DNA of 38,866 bases, taken from the NCBI GenBank assembly GCA_048941265.1, contig JBHLNT010000023.1:1-38866 (forward strand), given 5' to 3'. How positions within the stretch are numbered: position 1 is the first letter of the stretch; the number at the start of each line of letters is the position of its first letter. The DNA comes from Promethearchaeota archaeon. GTDB lineage: Archaea > Asgardarchaeota > Lokiarchaeia > Sigyniarchaeales > SOKP01. This document shows, one piece after another, positions 29,263 to 38,866 of the stretch. The notes under the pieces were generated by a model. That model made no database searches, was not told the origin of the DNA, and saw only the letters and a list, made by a program, of their open reading frames with translations. A program made the position numbers and the translations under genes.

Positions 29263-31755
29263 ATGAAAAAAGTACAGATACAAATATTTGCAACATTTTT
29301 ATGTGTAGCTATTATATTTGGAACTTTAGCTATTAATCAATATTTTTATAATATTGATGGAAATGTTACAGATGATGAAAAGAACTCTATTGACTTGGCA
29401 GAGACTAATCCTAATGTTGGAGTTATTGATTATAAAAATGGTACTACAAAAACAGTTATTGATTATGGTAATGGAACTAAGCTCGTCTTTATAGAAAACA
29501 AAATTATTAAAGAAATAAAAAGTGGGATAGATCCAGAACAAGCTGTTAAAATTTCAAGTTCTTTGGATGAAGCAACAGGGATGATTACGGAAGTTTATAA
29601 AGCAACATTAGAACAAGAAATTCTTATGGGTTACAGTTGGCAATTAATCGAATGGGATACCACACTCGCAGATTTAGTTGTTGTAAAAGCTGGAATAGAA
29701 ATTGATATTGGATTCGGAGTAAGACTTCCCGTGGAGGTCAAACTTGAATATCCCTCACAAATGGCCGTTGAGCATGATTACATATGTTATGCAACTCTAA
29801 TTCCGATTAATAAACCTTCTTATGAGGAATTTAAATGTTCAATTGAGGCAAATGGTTGGATTTGGGTAGGGATTCCAGGTGTTATAGGAGATGAAGCGAC
29901 TTTTGGTCCAGATTATGATTTCTCAAAAAGTTTTACTACACCGTTAGGTTCCGGAGCGGCATTTCCTATTGATCCAATTGAAGTAGAATTATACAGTATT
30001 TATTTGATAGGATTAGATCTAGTTTTTAATCCACAGCTTGGTTCTGATAAAATTACGGCTAGAGCGAGTGCTACTGGTGATGGTAGAGTAATTGGTCAAG
30101 ATGTCATTACATGGACAGCTCCAAATCAAAAAAAATCGTTTACAGTCCGTGCGAGAGACTATGAAGCTACTGACTATGCTACCATCATACTTTCAGACTT
30201 TAGGTATTATTTCTCTAAATTTGATATAGATATTGGTTTGAAGGTCGATTTTTGTGATGCAATAAATTTGTTTATCCCTGATCCACCTACTATTTATTTT
30301 TTTACAGTAGATATGGGCTGGCTTACAGGAGGAGCATACCTTGGTGTTCATCCAGGAACAGATGGAACTGTAGATAAAAGTGTATTCGTTGAAGATTATG
30401 GTGTAGAGTTATATATATCACCATCGATAAGTGATGCAGTACCTGGTTTCCCAACGACCTTTAATATCAAAGTCACTAACAAGGGAAATGTACAAGACAC
30501 ATTTAAACTCACTTTAGCGGGATTGCCTAGCGATTGGGAGTACGTTTTTTCAAAAAGCACAGTCACTTTAGGGGTTGGTAACTCAGAGTGGGTGCAACTC
30601 CATATTACACCTAAAAGACATTATTCGACGTCACCCGGTAATTATCCATTTAGTGTCACTGGTACTAGCCAGAAAGCTCAGCAACAGAATTTGATTAGAG
30701 AAGATACAGTAAGTGCAACTGTACGTGTTTTGCCTTTTTATGAGTTTTCTAGTGCAATTTCGGATGATATAACAGTTATTCCAGGAGAGCTAAATAAGTT
30801 TACCATTCAAATCCAGAATCTGGGAAATGTAGAGGATACCTACTCACTTAACTATATTTTTAAGGACTTTGCATCCCAATATGAAGCTTATCCTACTGTT
30901 TTACAAGAAATATGGTTTAGTAACCTCGTCGATTCAGTGACACTAGGACCTGGTGAAAAATCCACTATAGAAATCAGCGTTATAATTCCGCAAAACTGGG
31001 CTGGATTTGAAGATACCATCTATGAAATGGAGACAATTATATCCACAGTCCATGCATCATCACAAGCATTGGACTTTTCCATTGAAGCAATCAGTTTGCT
31101 GTATAATAAGCTATGCTACCTTGATTGGCAATTAGAAGAATTAAAAGATTATATTACTAGTAAAGTATGGATTTTCGGTTGGATTCTCAATTATAAATTA
31201 TCTCAAGTACAAAATATGCTACAAGAAGCTCACAATCTTGTTGAAAGTGGAGAAGTTACATGTAGCCTTTATCGAGACCTCATTGCACAAATACATTTGA
31301 AGATTACAGAATTCTGGGCTGAAATTCTTAATTGGTTTCATTTACTAAGCGACGAGGAATTGGAATATATATCAGATTCTATTAATGATATTAGCAACCA
31401 TATTGTACTTTTTATGGGTGCTTCGGTTGGAACTGAGCAGGCTTTTAACATAGCTTTAATTGAAGTTGACTTACTTAATCTCCTCGATTTTCTCGAAGAG
31501 GAAATGAGTTTCTGTAAACAATGGTTAATAAGTAGCTATGTTGGATCTGCTGCCGTAAAGCTCGAAGTAGCAATATTTATGCTTTCATTAGGGTTTGATG
31601 TTGAATGTATATTGACATGCGCTCAATCCGAATTAGAAAAAGCGGAATGTGTTATTAATCTGTTATTAGATAAGGGAAAAATTTCTCAAGAATTAGCTGA
31701 TACATTACTCTTTGAAATCGACCAAGCACAAGAGGACATAGAAGTTGTGAAATAA
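29263..31755 (+). CDS. Secreted/surface protein with two COG1470/NEW3-like Ig-fold repeats and a helical C-terminus
   Basis: Signal peptide; VTNKGNVQDTFKL and IQNLGNVEDTYSL repeats; VTLGPGE; PGNYPFSVTG. Confidence 0.65.
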   Translation: MKKVQIQIFATFLCVAIIFGTLAINQYFYNIDGNVTDDEKNSIDLAETNPNVGVIDYKNGTTKTVIDYGNGTKLVFIENKIIKEIKSGIDPEQAVKISSSLDEATGMITEVYKATLEQEILMGYSWQLIEWDTTLADLVVVKAGIEIDIGFGVRLPVEVKLEYPSQMAVEHDYICYATLIPINKPSYEEFKCSIEANGWIWVGIPGVIGDEATFGPDYDFSKSFTTPLGSGAAFPIDPIEVELYSIYLIGLDLVFNPQLGSDKITARASATGDGRVIGQDVITWTAPNQKKSFTVRARDYEATDYATIILSDFRYYFSKFDIDIGLKVDFCDAINLFIPDPPTIYFFTVDMGWLTGGAYLGVHPGTDGTVDKSVFVEDYGVELYISPSISDAVPGFPTTFNIKVTNKGNVQDTFKLTLAGLPSDWEYVFSKSTVTLGVGNSEWVQLHITPKRHYSTSPGNYPFSVTGTSQKAQQQNLIREDTVSATVRVLPFYEFSSAISDDITVIPGELNKFTIQIQNLGNVEDTYSLNYIFKDFASQYEAYPTVLQEIWFSNLVDSVTLGPGEKSTIEISVIIPQNWAGFEDTIYEMETIISTVHASSQALDFSIEAISLLYNKLCYLDWQLEELKDYITSKVWIFGWILNYKLSQVQNMLQEAHNLVESGEVTCSLYRDLIAQIHLKITEFWAEILNWFHLLSDEELEYISDSINDISNHIVLFMGASVGTEQAFNIALIEVDLLNLLDFLEEEMSFCKQWLISSYVGSAAVKLEVAIFMLSLGFDVECILTCAQSELEKAECVINLLLDKGKISQELADTLLFEIDQAQEDIEVVK

Positions 31756-31852
31756 TTAAATTAAATAATTTTTTTTTTTTATTTTAAATTTCATATTTTT
31801 TTTAATAGGCTTATATTTTTTATACAATAAATTACAAGTTAGTAATTTTTTT

Positions 31853-32080
31853 TTGCGATCTGAAATCTATACAATTATCGAAATTACTATGTTTAAAGGC
31901 AGAAGTCTTGAAGCAAAAAGAATATTATATTCTGAAATTGTGAAAAATTTAGAGGATTCTCCAGGAATAAATGGGATGGACATTTTAATTGTTATATATG
32001 AATCTAAATTGGAAAATTGGGGCATTCGAGGAGGAAAACTCCCTAATGAGGCAGAATTAGAATTCAAAATTGATGTTTAA
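31853..32080 (+). pseudogene. N-terminally truncated tautomerase-family protein
   Basis: IIEITMFKGRSLEAKRILYSEIVKNL...ENWGIRGG resembles the C-terminal half; catalytic Pro1 segment absent; upstream DNA is T-rich. Confidence 0.65.
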
Positions 32081-32200
32081 CCTTAATTTCTTAATATTGT
32101 TTTATTTTTTTTGTTATTTCAATTTTTAATCATCAGAGAAAAATATATTTTTTAATTAGATTTTTTTTATTGAAGATTAAAAAGTTGAGGATGAACTTAT

Positions 32201-32965
32201 TCAACCTAACTCTTGTTTTTCATTTTTTTCCCAAAAGTAAGAGATAATATATTTTCCAGCGAAATATGCGAGTAAAATGCCTGCGATTTCGTCTATAATA
32301 TAATGTTGTTTTATGAATAGGGTAGATAATATTACACCAGTGGCAATGATGAATGTCGTTATTGCTATAGTTTTTGTAATCACATGGGGTTTGATTTTAT
32401 AATATCGATACCAAGTATAAAAGATAATTGTAGATATTGAAGCGTGGAGACTGGGAAAACAATTAAAAGAGGTATCAATATGATAAATGTTATAGACCTG
32501 ATCAGCCCAAAAATTACCTCTTATTTTGTGAGCTAAAAGTTCTTGTCTATACCAATATGTTGATACAGGGAAAAAAATATAAATAATGATTGAAATCGCA
32601 TTTATAATCACTAATGCCCAGCTAAGCGCTACACCTTTTTCTGATTCCATAAATGCAAAAAAGATCATCGAGATTATAACCATAGGGTAGAATAAAAACA
32701 AATAAAAAATCACCATTTCTGGAACAAATGGAATTAAATCGTCAAGGCCAAAAAATATAAAATCTAAACGATAACCTGTCCCTTCTGGATATAGACTACC
32801 TGTCCAGTTATAGAGAATTGTATTTAAAATTAGATAAAACAAAACCACCATTAAAAATACATTTACTATAATATATGTGATTCTTTTACTCCAAAGAGTA
32901 GATTTTCCCTTAAAAAATATTTTTTCAATTCCTTTTTGTATATTGTCATGAATTTTTATAAGCAT
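32201..32965 (-). CDS. PAP2-superfamily membrane protein (Aur1/IPC-synthase-like subgroup)
   Basis: NCFPSLH and QHYIIDEIAG motifs; ~6 TM. Confidence 0.8.
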   Translation of the reverse strand: MLIKIHDNIQKGIEKIFFKGKSTLWSKRITYIIVNVFLMVVLFYLILNTILYNWTGSLYPEGTGYRLDFIFFGLDDLIPFVPEMVIFYLFLFYPMVIISMIFFAFMESEKGVALSWALVIINAISIIIYIFFPVSTYWYRQELLAHKIRGNFWADQVYNIYHIDTSFNCFPSLHASISTIIFYTWYRYYKIKPHVITKTIAITTFIIATGVILSTLFIKQHYIIDEIAGILLAYFAGKYIISYFWEKNEKQELG

Positions 32966-33270
32966 TCACCAAAAAAAAAATAATAAAATTCAAATCAAAA
33001 TTGAATAATTTTATATTTAAACTTAATTCAAATACTCTAAATATACAAAAAAAATATTTGAAATACAGCAATCTATATTTAGAGCTATTAAGTTATTTTT
33101 AAGCTAATTTTTATCAACATAAAAAGTTAAAATATCGACTAGTCGGAAAATTCAAAAGAGAAAGAGATTTTTTATATTAATAACGATTGAAAGCATCGTA
33201 GGAAAACAAAAAGTTTTTAATAGATGAGATTACTTTTTTATAATTAACAACTACATTGGGAATAAAAAAA

Positions 33271-33384
33271 ATGAAAACGCTTCGAAAAAATATTACTTTT
33301 GATATAAGAATAAGTTTGAGGCGGCTTTCTTCCTTAAGTGTGTTGTTAAGTTTATTAAATCTATTTTTATTATTATTACTTTAA
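33271..33384 (+). CDS. Putative Leu-rich leader peptide (37 aa)
   Basis: MKTLRKNITFDIRISLRRLSSLSVLLSLLNLFLLLLL*; 14 Leu, 11 of them in the last 16 codons; directly upstream of leuA. Confidence 0.65.
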   Translation: MKTLRKNITFDIRISLRRLSSLSVLLSLLNLFLLLLL

Positions 33385-33441
33385 GCCTCCTCTCGTTTTA
33401 TAAGATTTGAGGTTATCGCTTTCTTATAAACGTGGAGAGGC
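33318..33441 (+). promoter_or_regulatory. Attenuator-like alternative RNA structures
   Basis: Long imperfect stem 33385-33405 / 33422-33441; competing 9-of-10 pairing of GAGGCGGCTT (33318-33327) with AAGCCTCCTC (33383-33392). Confidence 0.6.
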
Positions 33442-33477
33442 GTTGCAATATAAATAAATCAAATTAGGTAAGTTAAA

Positions 33478-35097
33478 ATGACGGAAAAAGAGGACATATA
33501 TGTCTCACAGATGATGGATAAAATACGAGGGTCATTGATCCTTCCAGAAAGAGCGTATTTTTTTGATACGACTCTTCGTGATGGAGAACAAACACCTGGA
33601 ATTAGTTTTAATCATGAAGAAAAACTATCTATAGCTCAGGCGTTAAGCGAATTAGGTATTGATATTATTGAAGCCGGATTTCCAGTTATATCTGAGGGAG
33701 ATTTTAAAGCTTGCAAAGATATTGCGAAAATGGGTTTAGATTCAGAAGTTATGGGTTTGGCACGTATAAAAAGAATAGACATCGACAAGGTTATAGAAGC
33801 GGATATGGATAGCATACACGTCTTTATTGCGACTTCAGATCTTCACATGAAAGAAAAATTACAAATGTCTCGAGAAGAAGTAATAAATGACATAGCAGAA
33901 TTAACTGCATATGCAAAAGAGCACTATTCTACTGTATTGTTTTCTGCTGAAGATGCTACTCGGTCAGATTTAGATTTTTTAATCAAAGCAAATCGAACAG
34001 CCATCGAAAATGGAGCTACTCGGATAAATATACCAGATACTGTAGGAACTATAACACCTAATGCTTTTGGATATATCATCCGAAAAAACTATGAAGCTTT
34101 ACCAAAAAATATAAGAATTGCTGTCCACTGCCATAATGATTTTGGATTGGCAGTTGCTAATACAATCGCTGGATTTGAGAATGGAGCTTCAGAGGCACAA
34201 ACTACTATTATGGGATTAGGTGAGCGAGCAGGAAATGCATCTTTCGAAGAAACTGCCATGTCACTTTATGCTTTATATCGGATTCCAATGAATATAAATA
34301 CCAGAAAGATTTTTCCGACGGCAAAGTTAATCGAAAGCTATTGTGGTGGTAAAATAAAAATCGGGCGCCTCCAACCACTAATCGGCCAAAACGCATTTGC
34401 TCATGAATCAGGTATTCACGCTCATGGAATGATAAAACATGCCCGTGTTTATGAACCAATCACTCCAGAGTTAATAGGGATTCGACGCTCTGATGATGTT
34501 GAAGAAATTGTTAAGAAATCCATTAAATTAGGAAAACATACGGGGGGTCATGCTCTTAAAGCGAAATTGGAAGATTTAGGAATTAATCCTACAGATGAGC
34601 AATTTAAAAATATATTTAACCATGTTAAAAGTTTTGGAGATAAAGGGCACGAGGTAATGGAAGAAGATTTTCTAGCTATTGTAAAAGACGTAATGGGCGA
34701 ACTTCCCGAAGAAGAGCAATATGTTAAAATCGAAGAATTGACCGTATTAACCGGATCCGTTACACCTACAAGCACAGTTCGATTAAAAATTAGAAATAAC
34801 GGAGATTATTTAGAAAGAACCGCTTCTTCCATCGGTGTAGGGCCTGTTGATGCGTCTTGTAGAGCCATAGTAAAATGTTTCGAACCTATGAGTAAAGTGA
34901 AGCTTTTGGAATACAATATTGATGCAGTGACCGGAGGTACTGAAGCCTTAGGCCATGTTTCCATTGAATTAATGGACTTAGAAACTAACCAGATTGTGAA
35001 AGCATCCGCTGCCCATGAAGATATAGTAATGAGTTCTGTACTTGCATTAATAAAAGGACTTAATAAGATAATGAAAGAAAAGAATTCAAAAAATTAG
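33478..35097 (+). CDS. leuA: 2-isopropylmalate synthase (LeuA/CimA family) with C-terminal allosteric domain
   Basis: DTTLRDGEQTPG, HVFIATSDLH, PDTVG, HCHNDFG, GERAGN, HESGIH, GVGPVDA; CimA cannot be fully excluded. Confidence 0.85.
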   Translation: MTEKEDIYVSQMMDKIRGSLILPERAYFFDTTLRDGEQTPGISFNHEEKLSIAQALSELGIDIIEAGFPVISEGDFKACKDIAKMGLDSEVMGLARIKRIDIDKVIEADMDSIHVFIATSDLHMKEKLQMSREEVINDIAELTAYAKEHYSTVLFSAEDATRSDLDFLIKANRTAIENGATRINIPDTVGTITPNAFGYIIRKNYEALPKNIRIAVHCHNDFGLAVANTIAGFENGASEAQTTIMGLGERAGNASFEETAMSLYALYRIPMNINTRKIFPTAKLIESYCGGKIKIGRLQPLIGQNAFAHESGIHAHGMIKHARVYEPITPELIGIRRSDDVEEIVKKSIKLGKHTGGHALKAKLEDLGINPTDEQFKNIFNHVKSFGDKGHEVMEEDFLAIVKDVMGELPEEEQYVKIEELTVLTGSVTPTSTVRLKIRNNGDYLERTASSIGVGPVDASCRAIVKCFEPMSKVKLLEYNIDAVTGGTEALGHVSIELMDLETNQIVKASAAHEDIVMSSVLALIKGLNKIMKEKNSKN

Positions 35098-35144
35098 TTT
35101 TTATTTATTTTATTTTTTTATTTTAATCTAATCATTAATTTTGT

Positions 35145-36329
35145 TTATTTTAAGAAATCTTCAAGAAGATTATAGACTATTTCTAAAGTATTTAAATCTG
35201 GAAGAAAGGTAATTCTAAAATGATCCTTTCCATAAGTACCAAAACCAGAGCCAAAAACGGTACAAATTCCGGTATTTTTAAGAAGATCTATAACAAATTC
35301 TTTATCGTTTTTCCACTTTGAGAATTCTTTAAAATTTATCTTAGGAAATAAATAAAAAGCCCCATCTGCATTATTGCAGGTTAATCCTTCAATTTGTTTT
35401 AATCTCTTATATGAGTAATCCCTTCTCTCTCTTAATTTTTTAACCATCTCGTCCGTATGAGGTCCAGGGTTCTTAATTGCTTCAATTGCGGCATACTGAG
35501 CTATTGAGTTCGCACATAATCTCGCTCGGGCCATTTTTTCAACGGCTTCTTTTACTTCTACTAATTTATTCCTTAAGTCATGATAATAAATATAGCCCAT
35601 CCGCCAACCCGTTGCCAAATGTGCCTTGCTGAAGCCGTTCATTCCAATTATGGGTACATCATTGCTTAGAGACGCAGGGCAAGTATATTCCTTTTCATAA
35701 GTAATTTGGTCATATATTTCGTCAGATAATACCGGTAAAGCATATTCTCCTGCCAAATCTATGATCTGTTTAATCTTATTTTTATTATATACGATTCCTG
35801 TTGGATTATTAGGTGAACATATCAAAATTGCTTGTGTCTTATCTGATATTTTCTTTCTAATATCATCAATATTTGGCTCCCAAAGATTATCTTCGTCTAA
35901 TTCATATTCTACTGGAACTCCATCAAAAAATTTTGAGTAATTAATGTATACGGGATATGAAGGACCGGGTATAAGAAGCTCGTTTTTATTTTCTAATAGA
36001 CTTGCTAAAATAAAGAATATTCCCTCAGTCACGCCTGACGTGATCATGACATCGTCCGGTTTAAGATCAACATTGTTTTTATTTCTTTCATATCTACATA
36101 TTTCTTCTCTTAACTCCCTTACACCCAAACTATCCACATAAAAATTTTGGCCTGCAAACGTAGCATCGGCTAATGCCTGAGATATATAATCAGGTGTGTT
36201 GAAATCAAAAATTACAGGATCCCCGATATTTAATTGATACACTTGTTTGCCTGTTTTTTTTATTTCATTTGCAACAGCCGCAACATCGCGTATTGCATAG
36301 CTCATTCCCTTGACTCTTTGTGTCACCAT
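35145..36329 (-). CDS. PLP-dependent class I/II aminotransferase (alanine aminotransferase-like)
   Basis: LNIGDP, PNNPTG, DEIYD, FSKAHLATGWRMG, GSGFG. Confidence 0.9.
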   Translation of the reverse strand: MVTQRVKGMSYAIRDVAAVANEIKKTGKQVYQLNIGDPVIFDFNTPDYISQALADATFAGQNFYVDSLGVRELREEICRYERNKNNVDLKPDDVMITSGVTEGIFFILASLLENKNELLIPGPSYPVYINYSKFFDGVPVEYELDEDNLWEPNIDDIRKKISDKTQAILICSPNNPTGIVYNKNKIKQIIDLAGEYALPVLSDEIYDQITYEKEYTCPASLSNDVPIIGMNGFSKAHLATGWRMGYIYYHDLRNKLVEVKEAVEKMARARLCANSIAQYAAIEAIKNPGPHTDEMVKKLRERRDYSYKRLKQIEGLTCNNADGAFYLFPKINFKEFSKWKNDKEFVIDLLKNTGICTVFGSGFGTYGKDHFRITFLPDLNTLEIVYNLLEDFLK

Positions 36330-36484
36330 CGTAATTCACAGATTATAAGGAGTATATTATAGAATTATGAATATGTTTTTTTGTATTTAAATAATGTACA
36401 ATTTTAATATTTTTTTAATCCAAAAAATTAAATGATTGAATTTTCATTAATAACAAAATACTTTATTTAGAGGTTCATAATTTT

Positions 36485-38866
36485 TTGACAATCATTGAAG
36501 GCAAGACCGCATACCCTTATATCACCGAATTTAAGAAAGAGCAGTTCAAATCTTTCGTCCTTATTAAAAGGAGGGACATAGGAAACTTCTATTTGAGTTC
36601 ATATAATGAAGCAATTAACTTGTATCGATATTTTAATGAAAATCTTTTTAAGAATCCAGATTTGAATCTGGAAAATATTTATTGGTTTCTTTTATTAAGA
36701 AAATATTTGGGGGAAGATAGGGAAGAAAAAAAGAATGAAATATATGATTTTATTAAGAAATGTGCTATCAATATTGATTATAAATTAGGATTTAAATTTT
36801 CACCGAATTCTACAAACCAGCCAGATCTTTGGTCTACTTATTTTGCTTTGGCGAGTTTTAAGTTATTGGGCTTATTAAATGAATATCTTTGGTCAGAGGG
36901 AACAGATCAAAATATCCGAGAGATTATGAATTTTATTATGTCTCATAAAATAGGTAATTCATTTGTACATTGTTTAAATAAGAATTGTGAAATTGACAAA
37001 AAAACCTCTTCAGCAAGAACTCTTTATTTCGTATTAGAATCTTTTATATTATTAGGTATTGATATTCGTACAAGTAAAGATAAGTTTCTCACTTATATTG
37101 GCAGTATTAAGAGAGATCCTTCAATAGTATACAAATTATTATGCTTAAAATTTTTAGATTTAGAACATGATGTAAATGAAAAAAATATCCATTATCTCCT
37201 TGAAATTCAGAAAGAAAATGGGGGATTTAGCTTTAAAAAAATTAATGGGAGAATTAACACAACATTTTGGCTAGTTTATGCTCTTGACAATTATTATTGG
37301 CTAATGGATTACAATCCAGTAGGAATATATTCCTTTATAAGTTCTACTATAAAGGAAATTTTAAACATCGGAACAAATCCCTCTCTTATTAAAATGATGG
37401 AATTATCAAAATCGGTTATACTTCTCTCAATAATTTGGAAAAAATTCATAGATGAAATAGAAAGAGTGATATTTAAGCAGTTAGAGCAAAAAGAACATTA
37501 TGTTGATTTATATTTAATTACATCCAAATTTGGATTAATACACGGAATAGATGAAGTATTGTCATACATTAATTTAAATTATACATTTAGCCTTAGAATC
37601 TTGGATAATAAAATAGAATTCAATAACTTTATTCGGAACTTAAGCAATAGTGAAAATTCGATAGTTTCTGAAATTTATAACCAATTGAGGCAAAAAAATA
37701 TCATATCTCTTAGTGAAATTCATAAAAAATATAAGAAATCTCTTAAATTAAAGGAAGATGTTTTTCCCTTAATCAAAGAATTGATGAATAGAAATTTTTT
37801 TAAGGGTAAAATTGTTAAAAAAAGGTTCAGTAAATTTTACTTATATCTTGATTTTTTTATTGAAAAAGTAATAGTCTCTGATACGGAAATTAACTTAAGT
37901 CAAATTTTAAATGAAAAAGAGATGCTTAAAGATATTAAAAATGATATTTACAATATGACTTTAAAGCTTAAAAATGCATCTAGACGAATAAAAGAAGAAA
38001 TTGAATCATATCTAATAATTGATGAGTTAGATTATGCCAAAGAACGATTAAAATTTATTTTAAGAAATGCCTTGATGGACGCAGACTTTCTTAATGAAAA
38101 CATTGAAAATTCTTTTAACTTAGATTTGTATTATATCAATATTCAAAATGTTTTAAAATCTGAAATCTCTACGTGGAATAATTTATATTCAGTTTTAAGT
38201 AAAAGACTAAATGAAATTGACTCATATCTTAAAGAAAAAATTGCTGAAAAAGAAGAACTTCGAAATTTAAATAGAACATTAGACCAATTAGATGAAAAAA
38301 TCTTTAATTTTAGTGAATCAATTAGTAGAAAAATTGATGAATTTAAAAATATTTTAAGGGAATTTAATGAAAATGAATATCAGGATTCAGGATTTACCGA
38401 TTTAATTAAGGAATTTGATAAAATAAGAACAAATACTTTTGAGTTTGATAAGAAGATTTATGAAATATCTCAAAAAATAATTTCAAAAGATGAATTTATC
38501 ACTGAAAAAAGAAAAAAAGTAATAAATAATTGGGTTAGCATTAATGAGGAGCTAAAAGAGATATTTAATTATTATCAACGTGGTTTTAATTTTTTCAAAG
38601 AGAATTTAGATAAATTAAACTCTCTAAAAAGCAATATAAATGAAAAATTGGCGAGAATTAATAAGAAAGCACAAGAAAATGTAAATGAAAATCGATTTCA
38701 AGAAGCATTTGATTTGATTAAAAGAGAATCTGATGATCTTTTGAACACTATAAAGGAAAAAATTGATAATCTCCAAAAAATAATTAAAGGCGAGATAAAG
38801 AATAAACAAAAATTATATCTCCTTTATAGGATGTTGAGTGAAATGTCTGAGAATCTTGAGGAAAAA
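36485..38866 (+). CDS. Large protein, 3' truncated by the window: prenyltransferase-like repeats, winged-helix-like segment, long coiled coil
   Basis: Absent from the ORF track; hand translation from TTG 36485 (GAGGT at 36470) stays open for 794 codons; LGFKFSP..PDLWSTYFAL, QKENGGFS...INTTFW, LIKELMNRNFFKGKI, then an E/K/N/I/L-rich region. Confidence 0.8.
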   Translation, partial: MTIIEGKTAYPYITEFKKEQFKSFVLIKRRDIGNFYLSSYNEAINLYRYFNENLFKNPDLNLENIYWFLLLRKYLGEDREEKKNEIYDFIKKCAINIDYKLGFKFSPNSTNQPDLWSTYFALASFKLLGLLNEYLWSEGTDQNIREIMNFIMSHKIGNSFVHCLNKNCEIDKKTSSARTLYFVLESFILLGIDIRTSKDKFLTYIGSIKRDPSIVYKLLCLKFLDLEHDVNEKNIHYLLEIQKENGGFSFKKINGRINTTFWLVYALDNYYWLMDYNPVGIYSFISSTIKEILNIGTNPSLIKMMELSKSVILLSIIWKKFIDEIERVIFKQLEQKEHYVDLYLITSKFGLIHGIDEVLSYINLNYTFSLRILDNKIEFNNFIRNLSNSENSIVSEIYNQLRQKNIISLSEIHKKYKKSLKLKEDVFPLIKELMNRNFFKGKIVKKRFSKFYLYLDFFIEKVIVSDTEINLSQILNEKEMLKDIKNDIYNMTLKLKNASRRIKEEIESYLIIDELDYAKERLKFILRNALMDADFLNENIENSFNLDLYYINIQNVLKSEISTWNNLYSVLSKRLNEIDSYLKEKIAEKEELRNLNRTLDQLDEKIFNFSESISRKIDEFKNILREFNENEYQDSGFTDLIKEFDKIRTNTFEFDKKIYEISQKIISKDEFITEKRKKVINNWVSINEELKEIFNYYQRGFNFFKENLDKLNSLKSNINEKLARINKKAQENVNENRFQEAFDLIKRESDDLLNTIKEKIDNLQKIIKGEIKNKQKLYLLYRMLSEMSENLEEK

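Noticed and set aside
29421-29487. Degenerate 33-nt tandem duplication (VIDYKNGTTKT / VIDYGNGTKLV)
   Set aside because: Only two copies, in frame within a surface protein; not an array
1-38866. CRISPR arrays, tRNA/rRNA genes, IS elements and integrases
   Set aside because: No regularly spaced repeats, GC-rich structural RNA blocks or transposase/integrase motifs were seen by eye

Overview
AT-rich archaeal chromosomal window, very likely Asgard (Lokiarchaeia/Promethearchaeota-like). This is inferred from a longin-like/small GTPase fusion, a longin-TM protein, UBC/RWD-like modules, Gly-linker+TM surface-protein tails, GGAGGTG ribosome-binding sites and poly-T terminators. No rRNA, tRNA, CRISPR array or transposase was seen. 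Four signals stand out. (1) A 31-nt insert (26193-26223) breaks an FAD-oxidoreductase gene and folds into a canonical bulge-helix-bulge. Its predicted endonuclease cut sites restore the reading frame exactly, making it a probable tRNA-type intron in an mRNA. (2) A 37-aa Leu-rich leader ORF with mutually exclusive RNA pairings lies directly upstream of leuA and resembles ribosome-dependent attenuation in an archaeon. (3) A six-gene ABC exporter operon (14407-23653) combines two permeases, a normal ATPase, a prenyltransferase-repeat exodomain-TM-ATPase fusion, a UEV/RWD-like + inactive ATPase fusion and a longin-TM protein. (4) A membrane-dipeptidase pseudogene is split by an inserted surface-protein gene. 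An uncalled ORF of at least 794 codons runs off the right end. All product calls come from motif recognition by eye; no database searches were run.
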